Shown piece by piece: positions 36,723 through 45,708 of a DNA stretch of 64,000 bases. Origin of the DNA: Dehalococcoidia bacterium. Its GTDB lineage: Bacteria > Chloroflexota > Dehalococcoidia > Lucifugimonadales > UBA2985. The translations under genes were made by a program, and so were the position numbers. The DNA lies in the NCBI GenBank assembly GCA_965221925.1, contig OZ244924.1, positions 1,161,352-1,225,351 of the forward strand. The letters are read 5' to 3'. The notes beneath the pieces are model-generated. The model worked only from the letters and a program-made list of their open reading frames with translations. It did no database searches and was not told where the DNA came from. Position 1 is the first letter of the stretch, and each line of letters begins with the position of its first letter.

Positions 36723-37781
36723 ATGTCGTTTGACAGAACAACATTGGAAAGTCTTCTTCTTGAAGAGGAATGACCATATCTCGATTTCAAGTCCGAGCAG
36801 TATCGGTTTATTGGGGAAAGCAGCAGCGTCAAGAGCGAACTGCTCAAGGACATCCTGGCGTTCGTTAACAGCAATCGATACCGCACTGCCCACATCTTGA
36901 TGGGTGTCCGGGAAGTTACAGGCGGACCAAGCGAGATCATTGGCGTAGATCGGCACTTGGATGACGCTGAGTTGCACCAATTCGTCAATAGCAAGACAAA
37001 CAGACCGGCAGAGTTCAACTATATCCCATTTCGGTTCGACGACAAAGAGATCGGGGTGCTTAACATTCCTCTTCAGATCCGTCCGGTCTATTCACTAAAG
37101 AATTACGGAAAAGTGGACGCGAACACCGTGTACCTGCGAGATGGGAGTTCAACAGGAATAGCCAATCCTGACGACATTGCAGACATGGGGCGTGCCCAGA
37201 CGCCTAAATTCCTTGAGTGGTTCATTCGACGACTACGGAATACTGCGATGCACGCTGTGACGGTTACTGAACAGCAATGGTTCGACCATCCTGGGCGACA
37301 ACGTGAGCACGATTCACTGGGACGTCCACAAGACTACAGAGGGGCCTGCGACTTGATTCTACGGCTAACAGAATCCAGACCGCTGGAGCCCACAGTCTTT
37401 TCGAAGGGTATCGATTCGTACGGCTCCCTCCGTTGGGTCTTTAGGATATTTGAAGAATTGGCCGCTCATTGCACCCAAGCAGTTCGAATCACTGGCCCCT
37501 CCCTCATCGAATTTGGGGCGCTGGCGCGGGCAATCTTGGAAATGGAAGGACGGGTGAACTCCGAGGCGAGAGTTTGGGATGAATTCCGGATCAGGATGAA
37601 AGATGAAGGGGACAGTCTGCCCAACCCGGCCAACTACAACGTCTTGAGCTTGGCACTTAAGGCGGTGCGTTTTGTTGAGGTTCTGGAGGACGAGGAACAC
37701 TACAGGGATCCCGACGTTATCGATCAGTTTAGAGGCGAGGTGCTACTGCAATCTCCCGAGTGGGGAGACTGGCGAAAGTAG
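36723..37781 (+). pseudogene. Second AlbA_2-domain protein, with an in-frame TGA at 36771-36773
   Basis: ATG 36723 gives MSFDRTTLESLLLEEE-TGA-PYLDFKSEQYRFIGESSSVKSELLKDILAFVNSNRYRTAHILMGVREV, in frame with track ORF 36897..37781. LDFK and ILMGV match the AlbA_2 pattern seen in 28761..29990. Confidence 0.5.
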
Positions 37782-37920
37782 CAACGGTCAGCTAAGGCAC
37801 CTGTCGGCTGCCAGAATCCGCGCTTCAGTCCGATGCCAAAGCCATTGTAGTAAATGGCAACCGTCATCCCTGTGGCTCGTAGTCTTCGTCCACCGAAAGA
37901 ATCGCCCCGAAGCGTCGCCC

Positions 37921-38457
37921 TTAGCCTGCTTCGACCATGTCCTGCTCAACTTGTTGTGAGGGGGCAAGACTCTTCTTAGACAACTGACGGGACCTGGCAG
38001 TCCTGCGCTCGGCGGGAGCGTCAGCACTCTCGTCGCGCACGGCGAGGTCCGCGACCATATCCCAGTCCAGTGCTATGCCCAGGCACTCCTCGGCAGCAAG
38101 AAACCAGTTCCGGGCCTGCCGCCACTCGTAAATCAGGTCCTCCACTTTGCGCTGCGCCGCCGCACCCGGGCGCCACCAGGGTGGGCCGTTTCTAGTCCCG
38201 GTACGTCCGCTCTCATCGGCGCCGGTCTCATCGCTGGCGGGGGTCTCTGGCGCCGTGGCTGCGTGGCTCAGCACCAAGGCGGCCATTTGTCTCTCAACCC
38301 GACGCTGGTGACTGGCATGCGCCCGCCGCTGTCCGTCGAGTGCGGTTCTCGGTTCCTCTAGGCCGCTTCGGAGCCCCTCCTCCAACGCATCGAGCCGCTT
38401 CCCCAACTGGACGTTGCGCTTTCGCTGCCCGGGGGCGGCACAGCCTTCTCCATCAGC
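37921..38457 (-). pseudogene. Partial third copy of the HTH/coiled-coil family (coiled-coil and C-terminal parts only)
   Basis: ADGEGCAAPGQRKRNVQLGKRLDALEEGLRSGLEE parallels GVGSAADRQRERSDKLEARMDKLEAQLKEMKENLRSGLKG of the neighbour, and VEDLIYEWRQARN parallels LIVEWRELK. It abuts the stop of 38453..39181 in a frame offset by one at a GGG run. Confidence 0.3.
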
Positions 38458-39181
38458 CCACGCCCACGTCGGACAAATGGTCCTTAACCTCTTGCGAGCA
38501 GGCAAGGTTCCTCCGTGACACCCGAGTCGGCCCAGGAATCCCAGGCTCGGAGGGCGCATCAGCTTTCTCGTCACTACGGCCGGGTGGCGCCGACGTGCCC
38601 CACTCGACCACCCCGTTCGTCCGCTCCCTTGCATCCACCAACTCGGCCAGTGTCGGGTCCGTGAGCTTCCCTGGGAACCCTGTGCCGGCTGCGACGCTTC
38701 TCGCCCCAGGACCGCCACTCCCATCATCTGTGGGTGCTCCGGTTTCCGTACTGTCACGGTCCGCTTCCAAGACCAAGAGACGCTGCTCGATTAGCCGACG
38801 CTGTACGCCGTAGTATTTCCGCACCCCGTCCAGTGACATCCTCAATCCCTTGAGACCGCTCCTGAGATTCTCCTTCATCTCCTTGAGTTGGGCCTCCAGC
38901 TTGTCCATCCGGGCCTCCAGCTTGTCGCTGCGCTCCCGTTGCCTGTCGGCTGCGGATCCCACTCCGTGCTGAAGCGCCCTTTGCAGGCTCTCACGCACCC
39001 GGTGTGTCAGCTGGCCCGACTGCATGCTGGAGGTCACCGTCCTGGGGTCGATCTCCAGCACCCGCGCAGTACCTGTGCACCCCCATGTCCGCACCAGCTC
39101 CTGCAACAGCGCCATGAGCCTCAGGTGGTGCATGTCTCGAACACTATTTCTCCCTACGATGAGTGGATCTTTGCGTTTCAT
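38453..39181 (-). CDS. HTH + coiled-coil regulator-like protein (paralog 2)
   Basis: MKRKDPLIVGRNSVRDMHHLRLMALLQELVRTWGCTGTARVLEIDPRTV...GVGSAADRQRERSDKLEARMDKLE. ATG 39181 follows GAGGGGG. The C-terminal tail diverges from the family. Confidence 0.6.
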   Translation of the reverse strand: MKRKDPLIVGRNSVRDMHHLRLMALLQELVRTWGCTGTARVLEIDPRTVTSSMQSGQLTHRVRESLQRALQHGVGSAADRQRERSDKLEARMDKLEAQLKEMKENLRSGLKGLRMSLDGVRKYYGVQRRLIEQRLLVLEADRDSTETGAPTDDGSGGPGARSVAAGTGFPGKLTDPTLAELVDARERTNGVVEWGTSAPPGRSDEKADAPSEPGIPGPTRVSRRNLACSQEVKDHLSDVGVG

Positions 39182-39282
39182 TCGGCCCCCTCTCTCTCTG
39201 TATAAACCGTCCATATGTTCAATCTCTTTGTCCCGGCACAACGCCACCGAACCGGCTAGAACACCCCAGCACCCCGGTCCGG

Positions 39283-40116
39283 CTACTTCCACAGACGTCG
39301 GAAGGTCAGCGTGTTCAGAAGCTCACGCTTCTTCAGCGCCCTCCGCGTGTCGGAGAGCGCTGTCTTCCGCCAGTTGACCTGGCCGTTGCGGTCGAAGCCC
39401 CGCAGAGGAAACGTCGCCGGGGGAAGCGTCAGCCCGTGCTCCTCCAAGAGCGTCAGCTCCAACGCCAGGAACCGCTCCTCGGTCGTCAGCCAGGACAGGC
39501 TCTTGCCTTCGTCGGGATGAACGGCCTTAAGCTCCCGCCACTCAACGATCAGGGACCAGACCTCGCCGAACATGTCCTCGTCGTCCTCGGCGGGCTCCAA
39601 CGTCACGAGGTCGGGGAACTCCCGCCGCAGCGTCGCTCTTCGCCTGAGCTGCGGGCCGGCGCCGTTCGCCTGCGCCCCGTCCTGCCCACCCCGTCCCGTC
39701 TCAAGACCCGCCAGCATCTTCTCCACCTTGTGAAAGCCCTGGGCCACCTCCTCCCGAATGGCCCTGTCTCTGTCCTCGCTCGCCCTGTTGTTCGCCCGCA
39801 TCTCCTTGCCCTGCTCCTCGACCTTGCCTTCCAGCTCTTCCAGCCGGTCCGCCAGCTGGTCGTTGCGGTCCCGCTGCTCGGCGGCTGCGGAGCCCACACC
39901 TGCTTGAAGAGCCTTGTCCAACGCTCCCCGCATGCGCCTCGACAGCGCCCCCTCATCCAGGCTGATGTCCAGCGTCCTGCGGTCCACCCCCAGGAGCTCG
40001 GCAGCCTGCTTCCGACCGTGTTCCCGCTCCAGCTCTTGAAGCAGCGCCATGAGCCTCAGGTGGTGCATGTCGGCCACCTCCCCGCTGCCTTCGATGACTG
40101 GTCTTCTCTGTTTCAT
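39283..40116 (-). CDS. HTH + coiled-coil regulator-like protein (paralog 1, apparently complete)
   Basis: MKQRRPVIEGSGEVADMHHLRLMALLQELEREHGRKQAAELLGVDRRTL...GVGSAAAEQRDRNDQLADRLEELE...EDDEDMFGEVWSLIVEWRELK. ATG follows GGGAGG. Confidence 0.7.
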   Translation of the reverse strand: MKQRRPVIEGSGEVADMHHLRLMALLQELEREHGRKQAAELLGVDRRTLDISLDEGALSRRMRGALDKALQAGVGSAAAEQRDRNDQLADRLEELEGKVEEQGKEMRANNRASEDRDRAIREEVAQGFHKVEKMLAGLETGRGGQDGAQANGAGPQLRRRATLRREFPDLVTLEPAEDDEDMFGEVWSLIVEWRELKAVHPDEGKSLSWLTTEERFLALELTLLEEHGLTLPPATFPLRGFDRNGQVNWRKTALSDTRRALKKRELLNTLTFRRLWK

Positions 40117-40249
40117 TCGGTTCGACCTCCCTCTGTGACCTATTCACAAGCTCGATTCTCCGTACTCAGGTTTGTCCCACCGACCTACTCACGCCCCGTC
40201 ACTCCTGTAGAGGGCTTTCCCGCCACAGCGGATTGCCCGATTACTGCAC

Positions 40250-40771
40250 CTAGCGTCCCCGCCAGCCAAACCGCCGTCCGGCCTGCTCCCGCTCTGGGTC
40301 CAGCGCATCACCGGGCTCACCCTGCTGCCCTTCCCCCTCCGTATCCTCGCTCTCATGCCCCGCAGCCTCGTCGCTGGACTCTGCCTCCTGTTCCTTCGTC
40401 TGTGGCTGTGGCCGCGCCTCCTCCAACGCTTCCACTCGCAGCGTCAGTCTGTCGACAAGCCCGTAGATTTCGTCCACGGACTCGACGAGACCACTGACCT
40501 GCGACTCAATCCGGTCCAGAGGCATGACTTCCTGCGCCACGGGGTCATCCAGATTGGCCAGGAGCGTCTGGACTGCGTGCGTCATCCTGCCCGTCAGCCG
40601 TTCCCGGCGCAGCGCCAGGGCCACCGTCTTCCTGTTCACCCCCAGGATCTCAGCCGTCCGCCGCTGCCCCTCCCGCCTCACCAGCCACTCCACAGCCCAC
40701 TTGAAGCCCCGCTGCCCGGACCTCGCCTCAGCCTCCGGTCTGCCGTTCTTCTCCTCAGTCTTGCTCGCCAT
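40250..40771 (-). CDS. Shorter HTH protein related to the same family
   Basis: RRTAEILGVNRKTVALALRRERLTGRMTHAVQTLL followed by a coiled-coil segment and an acidic tail. ATG follows AGGAGG. Confidence 0.6.
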   Translation of the reverse strand: MASKTEEKNGRPEAEARSGQRGFKWAVEWLVRREGQRRTAEILGVNRKTVALALRRERLTGRMTHAVQTLLANLDDPVAQEVMPLDRIESQVSGLVESVDEIYGLVDRLTLRVEALEEARPQPQTKEQEAESSDEAAGHESEDTEGEGQQGEPGDALDPEREQAGRRFGWRGR

Positions 40772-41624
40772 CTCATGCCTCCTGTAGGGGGTGGCCCATT
40801 TTTGTAATCGGGGCCTCTCTTCCGCCGGACTGGGGCCTTAACTCAAAGTGTTCACAGAAACCGTCCAATGTACCCCGAAACCATGCTGCTTCCCTAGCTA
40901 AATGGCCCAGAATGTCCGTTTCTACCCAAAGTCTCTTTTCCCTGTACAGCCCCTTGACTGCAATTGGCCTCTGGACCGATGGGCCAACCTGGGCCACCTG
41001 TGGAGCAATCGCATCCCCTGAAAGTGCTCGATTTGGGATTGATGCCTTCGCCCTGAACGGCTTATCCCCTTCAGATATCGCCGCTGGGCGGTGTCCAGGC
41101 CGGAGGCGCATGCCTGCCGCTGCTCCGCCTCCAATCACAGCACAACGAAGGCCGCCTGCAAATCCCTTGGAAGGGGCGACATTTGTGTACCCCCGTTCAG
41201 GCAGTTTCCCACCGAGCTGCGGCCGTTCACACTTGAATCGAGCGGCCCGGGTCCCCGCTGGCGGTCTCGCCGCGAATAGGCCGAGCGAAACCGAGCTCAT
41301 GGTTGCGAAGACGCCGCCGGCGCCTGTGCCCCCGACCATGCCAGCGGCCGATGCGCCGACCGTCAATCACTCTGGGCAAAGGTAGCTGCAACTGGACGAT
41401 ATGAAAGATACGAAGACGGAACTCACCAGCCAGGGAGAGGCAATGCACGGCCGGAAGGGGCTCTCTTCCAGATGCCCGGCACGCCGACCACTGTTGACGG
41501 GCGTCGGCGTGATGCGGTCAGACCCGTTTCACAAGCGGCATCAGTGGCCGCTGACGCGTTCATCGATCAGCCAAGAGGCCCCGAACCTGACAGTCCAGCG
41601 GGTCGCGCCCCTTCTCCTGCAACA

Positions 41625-42145
41625 CGTCCCTGCTGTCCTCGATGCCGTGTTCGGTCGTTTTCTTCGACTTTCATCCTTCCCAAACCTCCGTCTGAACCTC
41701 CGGTCGGCTGAGGTCCGGCCGTTCCCCTGGTCTTCGGCCAGGTTTTTGGGGCACGTCATGCACCCCCACTTCAAGCGCCATTTTCGGGGCCTAATGTCAT
41801 TGGGACGCCGCCCCCACGGACCCGCCGATGTCATTCCCCCCGTTTGGCGATGTCATTGCAGTCCGGAACGCACCCTTTCTGAAAGTGTTCACTGGTTACG
41901 TCCTGTAGGGGGGCAATTTACCCCTGTTTCAGCTACGAAATCACGACTCTGGCCGCTCTGTTACAAAACTGAAACTCCTGTACACCCCCAATACTGCACG
42001 AAAGAGGCCGAAAAAAAGAGAGTCCATAGCCCCCCGCATTCGTGCGCAGAGCCACGGGGGGACGGCCCGTAACGCCCCGCATTCGTGCGCGGAGTTATGA
42101 GGGGTCTTATTTCCAGTTTCATTTGGTCACACTTTTTGCGACCGC
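41625..42145. repeat. Conserved non-coding module, copy 2 (copy 1 at 655..1178)
   Basis: Same block order as copy 1. It includes a decayed remnant of the HTH gene start (ATGAAAGTCGAAGAAAACGACCGAACACGGCATCGAGGACAGC on the minus strand at ~41640-41682), three ATGTCATT repeats and the 21-bp direct repeats at 42032-42052 and 42075-42095. Confidence 0.85.
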
Positions 42146-42148
42146 AAC

Positions 42149-42349
42149 ATGAAAGATCCCAACGGACAGAACAGAAGGCGAAAGCCCACCAGGGACGCCC
42201 CCGAGCTGAGGGTCGTCGGCATCGACGTCAAACCCGCGCCCGACGCCCAGGACCGGCTGCGCCGAATCTTCACCATCCTGCTGGAACACGCAGCCGGCGA
42301 GAGGCACGCCGCGCCCGACGAGGACTCCCTTCCAGAGGCGGAAGCCTGA
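42149..42349 (+). CDS. Hypothetical 66-aa protein
   Basis: Starts directly after the conserved module. Its stop overlaps the ATG of the next gene (TGATG). No recognisable motif. Confidence 0.35.
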   Translation: MKDPNGQNRRRKPTRDAPELRVVGIDVKPAPDAQDRLRRIFTILLEHAAGERHAAPDEDSLPEAEA

Positions 42350-43502
42350 TGCAGCCGGAACGGCGCCCAACCGACGTCACCCACTACCAGGCCGTCTTCG
42401 GCGACGTGTCGAAGATCATCGACGCCGCCAGGGAGTCGGCCGCCCGCTCGGTGAACGCCGCCATGACCGCCGCGTACTGGCTGGCCGGGCGGCGCATCAT
42501 CGAGTTCGAGCAGTCGGGACAGGAGCGGGCCGAGTACGGGGCCGCGCTGATCGAGAGGCTGGCCGAGGACCTGACCGTGCGGTTCGGGGACGCGGCTTCT
42601 CACGCCAGAACATCCAGAACATGCGCCTGTTCTACCTCTCATACCCAATCGGGCAGATTCGCCAGACACCGTCTGGCAAATTGGCTCGACTCCCCGCACG
42701 GCAGATTCGCCAGACGCCGCCTGGAGAATTCGATCCCCCATCCGTCGAGGTGCGCTTCGACGACCTTCGCACGGCCTTTCCGCTGCCTTGGTCCGCCTAC
42801 GTGCGGCTGCTGTCGGTCAGGGACGAGCACGCCCGCGCCTTCTACGAAGCCGAGGCGCTGCGCGGGGGATGGTCGGTCCGCCAGCTCGACCGGCAGATCG
42901 GCTCCCAGTTCTACCAGCGCACGGCCCTATCGAAGAACAGGGCCGCCGTGCTCGCAGATGGGCAGAGGAAGCGTCCAGAGGACATCGCACTTCCCGGCGA
43001 GCAGATCAAGGACCCCTTCGTCTTGGAGTTTCTGGACCTAAAGGATGAGTACTCCGAGAGCGACCTGGAGGAGGCCCTCATCCGCCACCTGGAGACCTTC
43101 CTCTTGGAGTTGGGAGACGACTTCTGCTTCATGGGCAGGCAGAGGCGTCTGCGCGTCGGCGGTCGGTGGTACCGGGTGGACCTACTGTTCTACCACCGGA
43201 GCCTGAGATGCCTCGCGGTCATAGACCTGAAGATCGGGGCGTTCACCCACGCCGACGCCGGGCAGATGCACTTCTACCTGAACTATGCGCGGGAGCACTG
43301 GATGCGCGAGGGAGAGAACCCGCCCGTCGGACTGATCCTATGCTCCGAGAAGGACGAGGCGCTGGCGCAGTATGCCCTGGAGGGGCTGTCGAACAAGGTA
43401 ATGGCTGCGGAGTACCGGATCGCCCTGCCCGACGAGACGGTCCTGGCGGCGGAGCTCGACCGGACGAGGCAGGCGATGGAGCAGCGCCCGGACGCTCTTT
43501 GA
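42349..43502 (+). pseudogene. DUF1016/YhcG-type PD-(D/E)xK nuclease with a frameshift at the G run 42586-42589
   Basis: Frame 1 reads MQPERRPTDVTHYQAVFGDVSKIIDAARESAARSVNAAMTAAYWLAGRRIIEFEQSGQERAEYGAALIERLAEDLTVRF. Frame 3 continues GRGFSRQNIQNMRLFYLSYP...WSAYVRLLSV...LEFLDLKDEYSESDLEEALI...DLLFYHRSLRCLAVIDLKIG. Both halves are typical of DUF1016. Confidence 0.8.
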
Positions 43503-43686
43503 TGCCATCCTGTTCAACGCGGTAAAATGGCGGGCAGAGGTTGGCCCGGCGATGCTGCAAACACCCCGGTCCGTGGCGCCACCTGTTGGGACAGGTGATG
43601 CGAAGTAATTGTACTACTCGCAGACCCGCTCCCGGCAGGAGGCGGGTCTTCTTCATTTTGGAGGGTAAGAAAGAGAGGAGGGAGCC

Positions 43687-45303
43687 ATGCCGGGGATCAA
43701 GGTGAAGCGCCGTAAGGCGAAGGAGAACAGGGCAGCCATATACGCCCGCGTCTCCGACCAGAGCCAGGACACGGAGGACAAGACATCCATCACGGAGCAG
43801 ACGTCCGAAATGGAGGCCCACTGCGAACGCCGGGGGCTGACCGTCGTCGCCCGCTACCAGGAGGTGGGCCAGGGCTGGTCGAAGAAGCGCCCTGAGTTCC
43901 AGAGGATGCTGGCCGACGCCAAGCGCGGACGTTTCGACACCATCGTCTGCTGGAAGTCCGACCGCCTCAGCCGGGGCATGTACCCCGCCGCCGCTCTTAT
44001 GGAGGTCGTCGAGGCCCATCAGATAGAGCTTGAAGCCGTTATGGACGCCATCGACATGAAGACCTTCGGCCTCATGGCCGCCATCGGCAAGATCGAGCTG
44101 GACAACTTCAGGGAGCGCGCGTCGATGGGCAAGCGGGGCACGGCCAAGCAGGGGCGCATCCCGGTCAGCAACATCCCCTACGGATACCGCGTCCGAGACG
44201 ACGGCAGGCCCGAGATAGTGGAGTCCGAGGCCGAGGTCGTGCGGCGCATCTACCGCATGTGCGTGAAGGACGGACTGGGGGCGCGGGTGATCGGCCAGCG
44301 GTTGATGGCCGACGGCGTTCCCGCAGCCAATAATGCCAAGCGGTGGTGGGACGGTCAGGTCTACCGCGTCCTGAGCAACGAGACCTACAAGGGAACCTGG
44401 TGGTACGGCAAGGCCCGCTACATCTCGACGGAGGACGGGATACGGGTCCACGAGAAGGACAAGGAGACGTGGATACCGGTGCCGTTCCCTGAGATAGTGG
44501 ACGAGCACACCTGGGACCTGGCGCAGAGCATCATGAAGAAGCGAAGGACCCGCTCCGGGCGCAACACCAAGATATTCTACCTGTTGCAGCACATGGTCCG
44601 GTGCACCGGGTGCGGGATGCTCATGGGATGCATGGCCACCAGGAAGCGGACAGTCAAGCGCAACGGCAAGGTCTACAAGTACGAGCTGGAGACTCCGCGC
44701 CGATACTACAAGTGCTATGGAGTGCAGCATTTCCGCACGGGATGCCGGGAGCACACGATGATCCGGGCGGAACGGCTGGAGGGCCTGGTCTGGGGCCAGG
44801 TCAAGAAGGTGATGGAGAACCCCGACCTCATCGTCGCTGGAATCGAGTCCCTGGACTCCCAGGAAGGCGAGGGGTTGGAGAAGCAGATCGCCGGGACGGA
44901 GCGCGAGCTCCAGAAGGTGCAGTTCGAGGAGGACCGGGCCATCAGGCTGTACGTGTCAGAGAAGATAACCGAGGAGCAGCTGGACCGGCAGCGCAAGTTC
45001 ATCACCGAGAGGCTGGAAACTCTGAGGGCGAGGCTGGCCGACTACCGGGCCAAGGAGACCGCCTCAATTGAGAAGCGGGCGCTGGGGGAGCACGTGGTGG
45101 AATGGGCTAACAGGGTTGGCGACGGGCTGGACGACCTGCCCCAGGAGAAGCGGCGAGACGTGCTGCGGCTGCTGCTGGACGAGGTGACCATCGACGGGGA
45201 GAACAACGTCAATCTCACGCTGGCAGTCCCAACCGAAGAGTTGGTGTCGATTGGATCACCGGTATCAAATTCTCACTGTAGAATTCGTCCACGGACTCGA
45301 TGA
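43687..45303 (+). CDS. Large serine recombinase (integrase of element C); the only uninterrupted one in the window
   Basis: AAIYARVSDQSQ...VCWKSDRLSRG (resolvase domain), a recombinase domain PYGYRVRDDGRPEI, a zinc-ribbon CTGCGMLMGC...YYKCYG and a coiled coil. ATG follows AGAGGAGGGAG. The ORF crosses attR, so its last 12 codons are flank-encoded. Confidence 0.9.
   Translation: MPGIKVKRRKAKENRAAIYARVSDQSQDTEDKTSITEQTSEMEAHCERRGLTVVARYQEVGQGWSKKRPEFQRMLADAKRGRFDTIVCWKSDRLSRGMYPAAALMEVVEAHQIELEAVMDAIDMKTFGLMAAIGKIELDNFRERASMGKRGTAKQGRIPVSNIPYGYRVRDDGRPEIVESEAEVVRRIYRMCVKDGLGARVIGQRLMADGVPAANNAKRWWDGQVYRVLSNETYKGTWWYGKARYISTEDGIRVHEKDKETWIPVPFPEIVDEHTWDLAQSIMKKRRTRSGRNTKIFYLLQHMVRCTGCGMLMGCMATRKRTVKRNGKVYKYELETPRRYYKCYGVQHFRTGCREHTMIRAERLEGLVWGQVKKVMENPDLIVAGIESLDSQEGEGLEKQIAGTERELQKVQFEEDRAIRLYVSEKITEEQLDRQRKFITERLETLRARLADYRAKETASIEKRALGEHVVEWANRVGDGLDDLPQEKRRDVLRLLLDEVTIDGENNVNLTLAVPTEELVSIGSPVSNSHCRIRPRTR
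45244..45286. other. attR of the 27.6-kb island (P arm, AA core, B' arm)
   Basis: GTGTCGATTGGATCACCGGTATC-AA-ATTCTCACTGTAGAATTC. Confidence 0.75.
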
Positions 45304-45688
45304 TGGCCTCAAGGAGCCTGCCGGTGGCGGTGTCGTCGGCCTGCTCAGTGATGGAGACGACCCGGACGCCGCGCCGCCGGAGCATGGCCTTGAAGGCGAC
45401 GGCGTGCTCTCGCTTTCGGGTGAATCTCGAGAATTTCCAAACAAGAATCTCCCTGAAAGGGGACTCCGGCTTGGCCGCCTCGTCCAGCATCCTTTGGAAC
45501 TGGGGCCTATCGGCGATGCGCCCGCTCTCGGCCTCGTCCACGTACTCGCGGGCGATCAGGTAGTCGTTCTTTTCGGCGTAGTCCCTGAGCGCCCGAAGCT
45601 GGGCGGCGATGGACAGGTCCACGTCATGGCGGTCGCTGGACACTCTTGCGTAGAGGGCCACCGGCGTCAGATTGAGTCGGTCATTCAT
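45266..45688 (-). pseudogene. N-terminal 141 codons (resolvase domain) of element B's serine recombinase gene, whose 3' part is at 16399..17658
   Basis: MNDRLNLTPVALYARVSSDRHDVDLSIAAQ...VWKFSRFTRKREH...IIESVDEFYSENL, then the frame enters the island arm and stops at 45215. ATG 45688 follows AAGGAGGA. Confidence 0.85.
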
Positions 45689-45708
45689 CGGTGTCTCCTC
45701 CTTGTGCT

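Larger units (their letters stand above)
17659..45266 (+). mobile_element. Element C: 27.6-kb serine-integrase island carrying the defence cargo, inserted into element B's recombinase gene
   Basis: Bounded by attL and attR. The outer flanks join to give an uninterrupted recombinase reading frame. The integrase gene is at the right end. The backbone shares the HTH gene family and the non-coding module with element A. Confidence 0.8.

Noticed and set aside
40773-41385. ORFs 40773..41366 (minus) and 40912..41385 (plus) as genes
   Set aside because: No RBS and no recognisable motifs, with non-protein-like composition. They are treated as non-coding or decayed sequence.
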